A stretch of 63,445 nucleotides of DNA, the filler included, from Hausera hauseri (Eukaryota): the NCBI GenBank assembly GCA_046269625.1. It is 13 parts of 13 records of this genome, joined end to end, with 100 filler letters (N's around TTAATTAATTAA, not from the genome) between each part and the next. Parts side by side here need not be neighbours in the genome. Positions count along the whole stretch, not along the records: positions 47,979 to 52,179 come from JBJURY010704549.1; positions 52,280 to 59,379 come from JBJURY010037890.1; positions 59,480 to 63,445 come from JBJURY010851634.1; 10 more parts are not named here. One strand, 5' to 3'. Under the pieces are notes generated by a model. It was not told the origin of the DNA. It searched no databases and was given only the letters and a program-made list of their open reading frames with translations. The first letter of the stretch is position 1. Each line of letters starts with the position of its first letter. Shown here in pieces: positions 51,861-63,445 of this stretch. The position numbers and the translations under genes are program-made.

Positions 51861-52379
51861 ACCATTATCGATCTGCTCATCATTTCCTTGGTGCATGGAC
51901 AACAATTTATCTGCCATTGTCAATAGTATCTTATAATCTGGTAATGTACATGCACGAATTTTCCTCTTATTATCTGATACTTTCTTACCATGATGATTAT
52001 TAACTGTCGTCCGTTGTTTATCCACAATTGTAGCACTATCAGATTTCAGTCCAATATCAAATGCCGCAGGTGGCAAATACTGACGGACAATTCTATACAG
52101 GCATCCAGGACTCACCTCATCTCTTGTTTCACGATCTGTCCAGGAAATTGACGCATAATAATGAGTAGGGGTAAAAAGANNNNNNNNNNNNNNNNNNNNN
52201 NNNNNNNNNNNNNNNNNNNNNNNTTAATTAATTAANNNNNNNNNNNNNNNNNNNNNNNNNNNNNNNNNNNNNNNNNNNNGGTTATATATCCGTAGCAGTT
52301 TCCGATACTCTTCAAAATAAATGTTGTAGCGGTTTATTATCAGTTAGGATTACGAATTCTTTTTCCAGTAAGAATTGTT

Positions 52380-54040
52380 TAAGGCTTAAGATTGACCAGG
52401 TAATGGCTAGTGCTTCGCGCTCTATATTCGAATAGTTCCTTTCTGCCTTTGACAACAGTTTCGATACGAATATGACTGCATGGTTGTCTTGTGAATACGA
52501 GTGTCAACTCCGTCAGTTCTCGGTAATTTTCCATTGGGATAGCTGTTTCCAGCCAAAGTGTCACTACAGAAGACAACTGTGTCTGGCTTAAGAGATGCAA
52601 AACTTTCATTTAGACGGTCGCCTCTGCATGATTCATATGCTGTCGGATTTATTCTTAGCCAATAATCTTTGAATCTGCAGAACAGAGTTACATGTGGTCC
52701 TGATGTTGGGTCAAATACTTTCTTGAACAAATCACCACACAGGTCTTCGAGAGCATGATGCCGACTAGTTAACCACGGCCATTTTTGCCACGTTTTTGAT
52801 CTAGAAGGACGCACGCTCCATTTTGATGGCCTGTATTTGCAGCTGTACTATCGGAGGACATGGCGACAATATCATTGAATAGATTAAAATCTCATTGTTT
52901 CCGTAGCCGCACTGGCTATCTGTTCAACAATGCCTTGTACTATTTTTGAGATAGGCAGAAGTTTCTCAGCAGTCAAACCAGTCACTATGGTCGCTACACG
53001 ATCTCCATTTTTTGGCCCTCCAGCACTAGGTGGAAGTAGCTTGCCGTCAAAATATATTACCATCGGACCGTCACTTACATATGATGCTTTAGCTTCAGGG
53101 GCTGCAAACTCACGATGGAGTGGTCTACGTCTTCTAATGGTGCTGACAGACACGGACATACGTGATATATCTTGACCGTAATTCTTGGTTGCTACATGAG
53201 GATAAATGACGTATTTCGATTGCTAACACACTGTGTAATCTAATGCTTCAGCTAGCTCGGGGCATACAGCTTCCATTGTCGATACTTTTGCACGTTTTGT
53301 TTGTCTGTCCTGTTGTATTTCTGATGGTGTATGTTTGAAGTCTGGAATGTAGCTGTAATCGCAGGCGGTGTCTTCACAACTGTATTCATATTCTTCAGAA
53401 TCTTGTTCAACATCGTTGTTCCCTGGAGCTGCTACAGCATCTGTTTGTCTCATCTTTTTTTTATCTGTAGCGCAGCCTATCTTTGCATTCTGGCTCTCGT
53501 CTGCCTTCTGTGGCTTCTAACTTCATATCTATTTTACCTAATACGTACTTTCAATTTGTTCGTTGATCACTCAAAAATACTTTAACTTCTATTTTATGAT
53601 GCCCATGGCATCATTATGAGCAGTTTCAAATAGATGATTTTTTCTGTTTCAAAATATTATTCTCTAGCCATCTATGCTGAACTATTACGATTCTTATTAC
53701 GACGGATGTTCCTGTATTTCTCCAGTAGAACTTCCAGCATACGAATAATGTTTCTTTCCTCACCTTTAGGTACTCTGGCTTTTGCCAATATTTCGCACAC
53801 CTGTTTAATGGTAAGTGACATTGAGTCTTTCTGAGACATCTTTTCAATTTTGTGACAATTGACGTACACTTTTAATACTTCTTGGATTGCAGGAAGCATT
53901 GTTCTTTGAAACGTATCTGACAGTTCACCGGCAAGATGTACAAAATTCTTTGATCTTGTTACAGCCATTACAAACCTGTAGATGCACAATTGCACATATT
54001 TATTATCATTGATACTATATTGAAGGATCCAATTTTTCAC
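52380..54040 (-). mobile_element. Degenerate hAT (hATm-like) transposase
   Basis: LPAIQEVL..AKARVP, VIYFDGKLLP...DRVATIVTG..EKLL, SDSTAANTG, WLTSRHHALE, GP.V.LF.RFK..W. Confidence 0.8.
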
Positions 54041-54559
54041 AAGTATTAAATTGACTGGAAGTTCAATATAGAAATTTGTTTAGTTGTAATCTATAGATTA
54101 AATAATACATGATAAAATTAGTTGACATAATAGCATAGTATTAGTAAGTCATTAAATTATGTTGTACTATTTTACCTTTCTTATATGTCACTTCAAATAA
54201 TGGTGTCTATTTCTGATAGACACTACTGTACCTTATATTCCAAATTGCTAGCTAGATTCATCCTTGCTATTGTATAAAATCATAAAATTCACTTAATTTC
54301 ATAAATTTATTGCAAATTGCTTATCAAAATGGAATTCAATTAGTAATAAACTAAGTTATATTCTTTGAAAGGTATAAATAAGTAGAGTTTGCCTGGTGAT
54401 TTGCAGGTGCAGACTGCAGAAGTCCGAAACTTCATGATTTACCACTTTTAAAACTTTTGTGATTATTGACCATTGAGGCAGTAGTAAATAAACTTAGTTG
54501 ATATTTTATATTTATCATCGTTACATAGTTAACAAAAAATTGTAAGAGCTGACATAGTG

Positions 54560-57400
54560 TAACTTTCATTTTTGTCCATTGCATGTGAACCACCCTATCC
54601 AACAGTTCATATATCTGCTGGTGGTGGGTATAATTGCTTTCGTAAAACTAATGGTATCGAGTCTTATTTGATCAGTGATATTTCGGATCCCGTATCAATT
54701 AGTACAGACTTCCCAGTCTTCAATGTGAATTTTAGCGAACGGCCTACCTCTATTGTACCATAACAATTTGATGCAACCTTAGGGTACTTAATTACCGATC
54801 TTTCATATCCATTAATTCTGATTTCTGGAGATGCAAGTGGTTAATCAATTAGTTGTCTCAGTTCTCCGTTTGGATATAATTCATTATTTACACAATTGAC
54901 CGTTTCTGTTTCTTGACTGCTAATTATTGTTTGCGGTTCTTGACTTCTGAAAGTTTGCAATTCTTGTTCTCTTGAGAATGACGGTCATGCTTTAATGGCT
55001 CTAGATATTCTTGGGGAATATAGTATTCTATAATCATCAACTTATTGGTGTCTCTAAGGTGCAGACGTTCCTCTTGTTTCATGCACTTCCTGTAATACAC
55101 CAGTGTTTTGGTCCTTCATAAGGGTCCTCAAAACTAAATGGTTTTCTATAGATTTCCGTTTGATACGAACTCACTGATCGTTTGTTATAATCTTCATATA
55201 CTAGTGTAGTTGGAGGTAGCATATGCAACGGTGGTTTTGTGACAGAATGTTTTATTTCTATGTATTCCAGAGACGACGTCTTCTCCCGTAGGCTCGTTGC
55301 TATATGAATCATTTCTTCGCGTTTTCGAGTTAATGGATTTTTGTCCACATTGAACCAACATGACGTCATATTAGTTTTGAATCTGCTCGCCGTATTCTTT
55401 AAGGAATTTATCGAAAGGTGTTATGATCCCAGTTAAAATTTTACACCATAATCCTGTCAACGTAAATATCTCATGCCAGTTTATGATTGCTTGATTTACT
55501 GCTTTGACCAGTTGTACTAAGAATAAATTGCCAAAAATCCAGATGCGGCTTGTCCAAAAATTAAGAATCTTCCCCAAATTTTATAAAATTTGTGTTTACT
55601 CTTTAATAGTGGTTTTCACCCAGATAATGAGTATCTTCTAATGCCGTGTACATAGCTCGGTTCAATTCGTGTGTACGTTGGCGTAGAAAAACGAAAGTGA
55701 CTAAAGGCTTCGACTTCCTTTGGTCTATAAATACTTTTAGTTGGAATTTGTCGTACGTTATTCGTTTTACCAAGTTGGTTCCCGTCAATTTACAAAGCGG
55801 AGTGGCTATAGCTCCATTTGGTAAGCTTACCCAATCAGTTTCACTACTTCCAAACGTAGGTTCGCATAAACTTGCTTTAAATTCCTTTAAGATCGTTGGT
55901 TGAGTCGAGTTTGCCAGTAAAATTCTAGTAAGCGGTATCGCCAATCTTGGCATATTCTGGTATAAAACAAGTTCTTGTATACATCTCTTCTACATTAATG
56001 GGGACACCTCTTCTCGCATTCGCAAGTTAAAACTTCAGCAGTAACTCGACCGAAAATACCTTCTCATTGGAATTTTTGGCGATGCCAACTCACGATTGGC
56101 GTACATCAAGGCTAGTTTAAATTTCAATCTCTAACTTGCATTTGTTCGTTATCATTTTGATACAATTCAGTTATTCTAGCTTGTCTTTTGTCATAGAAGT
56201 AATCATCTCTATTGTTCAAATAAATTTCGATTCGTACGTCTTGTGCCTGAAGTTTGAAAGTGTTGGCATAGATTTCTTTTTTGGATACAAAGAACGCTTC
56301 ATAGTTGGTGGCATACATTACTACGTCATATCGTGAGCACATCCTTTTTTACAAATTTTAATTGGTAAATTTACAAAATTTAATCGGAGTTATCGATTTT
56401 ATTATTGATTAATGCCATGCATTTGTCCGCAATGAAAGACACTACAAGATCTTCGTAACATTCTATTCCGTCTAACGAAGTTAACTCGCGCTGTTGGTAT
56501 AGTACATAATTTTCTCTTGTTTCAAATTTATGTGGTCTAGCGTCTTCGCCCATTTGTAAGTCCATAAATGAGTACTTTGGGCCACGTTTGAACTTATCAC
56601 AGTCGTATATGATGACAGCGCCCATTTGTTTTACTAACATCATCAAGGTTAAGAAATTAAGCCAATTTGAGTCATTCTCCGGATTAGTGCCGGTTAGTGT
56701 CAGATTTCGTACATCTTCGATTCTGCTACAGGATGAGGATGACCTTGACAGGTAATCTTCTTTCTCAAACAATTTTGGTCAATTTATTCCTCGAGGCAGC
56801 TTCATAGATTGAACGCAGAGTCCAAACCTTGCGTAGAACCTCCAGATGTTCCGCAGTTCAACTATTTCTTCCTGAGTATCAGGAAATTCTGCAGCAACGT
56901 TGGCCATCACTTGTTAAAATTGGCGACTGAAAGTGAACTGACGCCCTTCCATGTTCTTGCTGCTAGATTGATAGAATCCGAAGATACACTGAATTCTTCG
57001 ACTCAATATAAAGCAGAAGACGTTTCACCAGGGCGCTGCTGTAGTGCGCCTTGAAAGCCTTAATGACTTGATCGCAGAGTTGAATACGCGACGTCGTATT
57101 TGGTAGTAGAAATCAATTCAATGGAAGAGGCAGCGGTGTACAGTGGCTTGAGACATTGTCGACAATCAGCAGTCTTGCGACGATTTCTTGTTATTTGCTG
57201 GTCGAATTTAGTGAGCCACTGTTAAGCCGTTGTTAAGTTCTTCTATGTTGAATCCGCAGCAATGGTGTGCCAATCTTTGATTTGTTCTTTCATGGCTAGG
57301 ATGGTTGCGATGGTGTTGGGAAGAAGCATGTGCTTTCTTGACAATTCTCCGTTGCGCAGGTGATTTTCCTCCGCAACGTGAATCAATTCGATCTTCTAAA
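54560..57400 (-). mobile_element. Decayed paralog of the contig M env-protease retroelement (signal peptide, glycoprotein, TM, aspartic protease)
   Basis: WLNFLTLMMLVKQMGAVIIYDC...YSFMDL; YATNYEAFFVSKK...YLNNRDDYFY; PLTRILL..PTF...W; TM segment at 55371-55577; VLIDTGSEISLIK at about 54665-54705. Collinear with M. Confidence 0.75.
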
Positions 57401-58079
57401 CAATGGAGACATTAGAACGCTTTGATGACATGCAACGAACGGTAATCCAAATTCAAATTTATTGAACACGAAAATTATACAGATAAACAAATTTGTCTGT
57501 TAGTATCAATTTAGTGTCTAAGGTTGTCCAATACCGTGATTTTGCGTACTTGTATAATGACTAGGAAAATGAAAATATTTATTCGATTAAGATGGATAAA
57601 AATAAAATTGACTGGAGGTTTCAGACACTTTTTCATTTTATCTGTCAGGAAAAAAAATTGAGAATGAAAGTTTTTAAACCACAGTTGAAAGATAATTGCA
57701 GAAACACTAGCTAATGATGAGTTGTAGTTTTTCTTTTGATGGGTTTAATTATTAAACTCTATCCATTTTTTTATTGCTGGCCACAGTTCTATTTCAGGTA
57801 ATAAAATGTAAACTATGAACATAATTATAAACCTGCTAAAGGGGGAAAGAGAGACAAAAAGTCCACGCTATCACTACAAGGCCTTCAGGCTTCAAAGAAC
57901 AAATAAAAAACAAATGCGAAAGAGTTAAAATGAAAAACGAAAATGGTAGCAATTAGACAATCAAAAAGTGTGAGTCATTCTATCTTTGATAACAGAAATG
58001 GCTGATTACCTTCTTCTAGCTATGGGTTCAAGGACCACCTACACCACAGTTACTAAAGAAACATAATGGAACAGCTTAC

Positions 58080-58232
58080 TCTTTGGCGGTGGGCCTGCAT
58101 CTGACTGCTGGACTTGCGGTGAATGTGTCACAGGATTGGTCGACTCAAATGGACTGTCGTTACTGCTGAAGCTGCTGCCCAGGTTTAGGGAATGGCGTTT
58201 TGCCTCTGGGCTAGAACTTGGTTTAAGTACGC
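58080..58232 (-). CDS. Possible isolated host exon (Ser/Pro-rich)
   Basis: tttcag acceptor and gtaag donor bracket an open, more GC-rich segment VLKPSSSPEAKRHSLNL...PPPK. Confidence 0.35.
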
Positions 58233-58589
58233 CTGAAATATGTTGCAAAAATCAAGCTGTTTATTGTTACATTATAACAAGAGGTTATTTATTACGTCAT
58301 CACAGATGACTAATAAATTTAATATACCTTATTTGTGGAGCCTCTGCAATGAGTGGTTAGTCCTTACGCTGCCAATCACAAGATCACCAGTCAATTCCCA
58401 GCCTCGGCAGGTGAAATGCTTTTCGAACTAATATGGCTCCAGGGTCCACCTAGCTTCAGAATTGGTTACGAGACAAAGTCACTGTGAAAAGTAAAGTCGG
58501 CTGAGTTTTTAACATACTTAAATCAAGAAAAGAAGAAAGAAACGGTTGCAAGCAAGCAGACACTCAGGGACAGCCATAGAATCCAGCAG

Positions 58590-58766
58590 GAAAGATAGGA
58601 AAATGGTAATCCACAAGACCTGGAGACAAACTGTAGAGAGAGAAAACAGACAGAGACTGGTAAGACCTGGAATGAAGTGAGCTGGCTTGCCCAGGGCAGT
58701 TCTGGTTGGAGAAAATTTATTGCTGCCTTATGCTTCAAGGGGAGCTGGAAGAAGAAGAGAAGAAGT
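58590..58766 (+). mobile_element. RTE-clade LINE 3' end with (GAA)n tail
   Basis: KTWRQTVERE...GKTWNEVSWLAQ..SGWRKFIAALC followed by GAAGAAGAAGAGAAGAAG. Confidence 0.75.
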
Positions 58767-59479
58767 AGGAATTTGCAAGGTCTCTATATTTTTAAAATAA
58801 TAAAGTACCTACACCAGAAACCTGAAATTACTGTGTTCTCAATGTAGTCTTCCTGTAGTCATAGATGTTTAATAAATGATGATGCCATGGTTGCTGTATG
58901 CAGTGTTGAGAATACTTCTTTAGGGATATGTTGAGTCTCTTGAAAAATTGGTAATGTAAGATTGACAATTAATGGAAAAACAAGTAATAACAGAGTATCT
59001 TTCAAAGCTGAAAAAAAAACCAAATTATTCAAGGATCAAAATCAGGTGAATATAGAGTGTGAGGAACTATTTTTTTTTAATATCTTCTATGTTTATATCA
59101 GTCCCCTGGTCCCCGTTTGAGTGGTGGATCATTTCTAGGAAGCCAAGCTTTGCACTAAAGCTTGGAGGACCTCGGTCCACCCTACTAGACACCACCAGGA
59201 CAGCTCCACGCCACTACTCCATAGTCCTTCTTAGGACTACAACCTTTATCAGTGATCATCCAGAAGATCTGATGCTCGGTGATGTGGAGATCATCAACCA
59301 ATCAATGCACAACTCCTTTATTACCAAAGTTATGCATAATGTAATGTATGTCCATTGGTAAAGCAACATCAATGTATGANNNNNNNNNNNNNNNNNNNNN
59401 NNNNNNNNNNNNNNNNNNNNNNNTTAATTAATTAANNNNNNNNNNNNNNNNNNNNNNNNNNNNNNNNNNNNNNNNNNNN

Positions 59480-62400
59480 TAGCTCATCCGCTATTCTGAA
59501 TTCTTGTTCGAATTTTTGATTCAAGACCTTAGTGTCACATTTTATTATGTCTCGCACTTGTACCTTTGTTCCAAAGCACCAACATTTGTGAGATCTTCTG
59601 TAGGTTTTTGTAACTTTTCCTTTAATTGTTCTGGCAACTGTTTGCGAGAGATCATTGACGCCGATGCTCCCGTGTCTATTATTGCAGTAAGCGGGTATCC
59701 ATCTATCCAAATTACTACTCTTGGGATTACTTTTCCTCCGTCTATACTTGTTATCAAAGCCTCTTTTGTGGCCGTTGGATAAAATGTAAGTTTCATATGT
59801 TTTGAGTCGCAATTATCCACATCACTGGAACAATGTATATCTATATATTCATTAGGTGACATAAAACATTGCTGTTCCATTGGATATTCGTTCCATCGTT
59901 TGATTTGAGGGATATCCGCAAGCAAGGTTCTTCTTTTCGTACTTCGGGCAGTAATCAAACTCCACGTCTTCTTCGTATTCTCAAGTGATTGAGGTTTTAT
60001 TTCTTCCGTCTTCTTGATTAATTTTGTTGGTGGTTCATCATTATTGTTTAAATCATTCTTATTTTTCTGCTTCCACTCAGCATCTTTTTTTATTAGGAAG
60101 CAGCTAGCTACGAATGGGATCACAGCATAAACGATTTTCCATGTGCATCCAGCAGCTTGTTTTATACCATATCCCTTTGTTATCATAGTTAATATGGCTT
60201 TTATGAAGGAAAAGATATAATAAAATCCCAACCATCCAGAGTTAAACTGGCGAAACCACATATACCATCCCCATGCAGTTGCAAATATGTCTTTAGCGAT
60301 TTTCTTTGCATAATCAGGTCCCATCAAATTTTCCCAATTAGCTTTACCAGTATGTTCAGACAATACTTTCATGGCCATTTCTGTTAAGACTTTCTGTCTC
60401 TGTTGTGGGAACATCATCATCCTTCTATGATTTTCCATATCTTGTTCAGAGTATACACCCATTTTTACTAAATCTGTCAACGGTTTATAAGTTTGTTCGG
60501 TCTTTAGATTTATTAAACTAATTCTTCTGGGTGTGGTGACTTGTTCTTTACCGGGCATTCGTATCCAATAATCATTGGTCAGCCTGAACGTTGGTGACAT
60601 GGTATATGTACAGTTCTGATGTACAAGTGGCTTTTCCATAGGATCCAACAGTATCCTTGTAATTGGTTGTAAATAACGTGGTTTCTCTTTATACCAGACA
60701 GGTAGTTCCATGGTGCAATCTTTAATAGGTCTTAGTTTAACTGCTACTCTTGCACACTCAAAAGTTACGAGGGCTTCACCCATTGTTCTGGCGAACTTTC
60801 CTTCTGCATCCGGTGGTTCTGCCGGATCCTTCATTATGCCATCCGTTATAGCCGATAAATATATTCGATTTCTAATAATCTCTCTGTTCAATTTGCAGTC
60901 ATTTAATATTATTTCTCTATACATTGCATAGATATTTTCTTGTTGGAAGTGATAGATAAAGTCAATCTTGTTATCAAAGTACAAATGCGGCTTTACTTCC
61001 GATTTATCTATGTTTCTCTTTGCTTCTTTTATTTTGTCTGTTGATAGAAATATACCTTTATAATTTGTTCGATATACTATTTGGTTGCATCTTTTAGTTT
61101 CACCTTCTATTTTGAATCTCATGCCTTCGCTTGGGTCTACCGAATACACTATGGTTGGTGTTTCAATCGTATCTGATATACGATCTAATCTACTCTTCGA
61201 TATTTCTTCCTTGTATACTCTTCCTTTTGTTTCATTAAACTTCCCACTTCTTAAAAGGGCTAATTGGCATTGGTCTTTATCCACTTCGTATGACATAATT
61301 GATTCTCCAGTGTCACATTCTTTATTGTAATAATCACATTCAGGAAACGTCATCATCTTTCCTGATGATAACTCAAAGAGAGCATCATACTCTCTCAGCT
61401 CAACTTGATAATCCTCAATAGCTACTATATTATCCAACATTTCACCATTTATATTATAGGGTTGTCCTTTACAGTAGCCTGTTTTATCAATTGTTCCGGC
61501 CACGAATATTCTCTTATTAATGATTTTTCCTTTTTGGGCCCTTAATCGAATACTTCCAATGTTAATTTGTTTTGTTACGAAGGCTTCTATGCACATCCGT
61601 TTACTTATAGGAAGTGGTTCAAACGGAGTAGTCGGTTCCACTATAGCCGAATTTCTATACCAATATCCGCAAATAAAGTGAAATTGGTTTCTTCTAACAA
61701 AACACTCTTTTACTTTGGTTTTTACAAACTCCGATTCCTGATAAACATAATAATCCTTGTCTGTTGTTGTACTTAACGATGCCGGATTAGCAAATGGACA
61801 CTTCTCTAAATCCAACAGAGAATATATAGGACCTTCCTTAGCTTGGCTACAATCGTAGGCAATGATAGAGAGTGTTTTTGGCATAAGACTGAATAAAAGG
61901 AGTATAGGTATAACTTTAGTTAACCATGATAGATCAAAATCTGGTTGTACATTTTGTTGCCTCTCTGGTCGTTGAGGTGGGAGATATTCCGTTTGTCGTT
62001 GTGTAACTGGGACCGATTCATGTATTGTCGTATGAATCAAGCTAGTAATCCACCCACCTCTACATTTTACCCATCCTTCAACATTAGCCTTCAACGCTTT
62101 TGTGGCAATTTCTATATTTCTTTCTATTTCTTCCTGATTCGGATTCACACCGTTCATGACCATTATTTTATATAAGAGATACGATATAGCCGTTACAATT
62201 TTATTTCGGGATATACTAGTTCCCATCATTCTTGATAAAATATCTCTTTCCTGAATTTCATTTATTCTCTCGTCCGTAGGGATATCTGCAAATTGTTCAC
62301 TAATCTTTGCAATCTCATTTCTTATGGCTTGCATTAGTGCGTCAGGTATCTGTAAATTGGTATTGAACTCGACGAATGCATTATGTATTCTTGCTAACAA

Positions 62401-63445
62401 GGTTTGTAGTAATGTTGTTAATGATACATTATCTACATCATACTCATCTTCCGTTGTTAGCAATCTCCGAACAACTTCATCATCTCTGGCCTTTCTGCCT
62501 TTCAATTGATAAAGTTTTGTCGTACCTTTCGGTCTTCCACGTGTTCTTTTATCTGTTTGTATTTGCTCAGATATAGGAATATTCATTTCGGCTCTCATTT
62601 GTTGTGTTTCTTGCTGGTGTTGAGCTTCTTCCATCTCTTTTTGCCTAACATCCGTTATGATTTCATCAATTACTTCTTGTTCGAGCTGTCTATAAGTAAT
62701 ACATACTGGGTTATATCTGTTTTCCCAGATGCTCACCTCATATAGGGTTTCGTGATCTGTCAGCGCTCGTCCATAGAAACGCAAGTCTAATTCTCCTTGA
62801 GGCTGTTTTAATTCATTGATTCTATGCTTCAAAAAGGCTATTGTATCTGACGACTTCATTCTTAAAACATGGAAGTCTTGGTTGTATTGTTGAAGGGTAA
62901 CCATTATTTCTGGGTCCTCTCCAATTCTCCTTACCCTTTCTGCATAACGATAAATTATATATCGTATGACATTCTGGTATGGGCTTGTGCCTGCAGCATA
63001 TACTAACAACAAGTCTAGTAAACTGGCAAATTGATGGTGATTAATTGTCGGTGATAGTAACATTGAAAGATCTTGTTTAAACTGAGTTTCATCAATTAAT
63101 TCTTGGTTAGCATAGCCGGATATCTTCCGAACTATTTCTGTACCATTCTGATCTAAGTCTATGGGAGGACTATCGAATTCAGGTGACCGTTCTACTTTCT
63201 TTTTTCTTGTTCTTTTTATCTTTTCTTTTGGTTCTCCTTTCTTAGTAGATTCGCTTTTCTCAGCTTCACTTTCCGAGGACAAGCTTAGTTCAGGAGTTTT
63301 CAGTTTTTCTTCTTGTATGAGAGGTTTATCTTTCCTCTTAGCCTTTTTCTTTTCGGTTTCTGATTCAGACTCGGGGGACTTTTTGGGTCTACCAACTGGA
63401 GCTATGATAACATTTTCACTCAGCATTTTGTGTCTTTTTTCACAA
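59480..63445 (-). CDS. Retroelement polyprotein (>=1293 aa): AT-hooks, ubiquitin-like domain, signal peptide, chuvirus-like envelope glycoprotein, TM, retropepsin protease
   Basis: GRPKK and RTRGRPKG hooks; Ubl at 62689-62907 (SDTIAFLK.RI...LRFYGRALTDHETL); signal peptide then IIAYDC (61866); Cys-rich ectodomain; TM at about 60095-60275; AIIDTGASASMI (DTG 59676-59668). The frame is open to the window end, and the protease continues in another frame after about 59575. Confidence 0.85.

Noticed and set aside
59900-61930. Simple endogenous chuvirus EVE
   Set aside because: The glycoprotein is in frame with a retropepsin and a Ubl/AT-hook region, no N or L genes are seen, and the order is repeated in contig L.

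Overview
This window is not one locus. It is 13 short eukaryotic contigs (about 4-7 kb each) joined by twelve artificial 100-bp spacers (N44-TTAATTAATTAA-N44), so adjacency across spacers means nothing. Contig labels used below: A 1-4543, B 4644-8816, C 8917-15399, D 15500-19894, E 19995-24966, F 25067-29697, G 29798-33798, H 33899-38925, I 39026-43104, J 43205-47878, K 47979-52179, L 52280-59379, M 59480-63445. Most contigs are AT-rich DNA from a divergent invertebrate animal. Contig F looks teleost-derived (host or contaminant). Mobile elements dominate: a small Ty3/Gypsy family (B, C, D, K) whose Gag starts with a ubiquitin-like leader ending in Gly-Gly; a giant-type LTR retroelement whose single ORF runs AT-hook/Ubl, signal peptide, chuvirus-like envelope glycoprotein, aspartic protease (near-intact in M, decayed paralog in L); an LTR-element 3' end with DEDDh exonuclease, RING, PPT and LTR (G); an R2-group non-LTR element with three tandem Ulp1-type protease domains (E); Polinton/Maverick remnants (I, J); hAT remnants; and a KolobokP element (F). 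Contigs A, C and K carry head-to-tail, same-strand mosaics of unrelated host gene fragments (PPM1G and ACC; FKBP15 and HEATR5; CSDE1, SRCR and RBL). Two of these mosaics run directly into a Gypsy PBS-gag region. All homology calls come from recognising motifs by eye, not from database searches.
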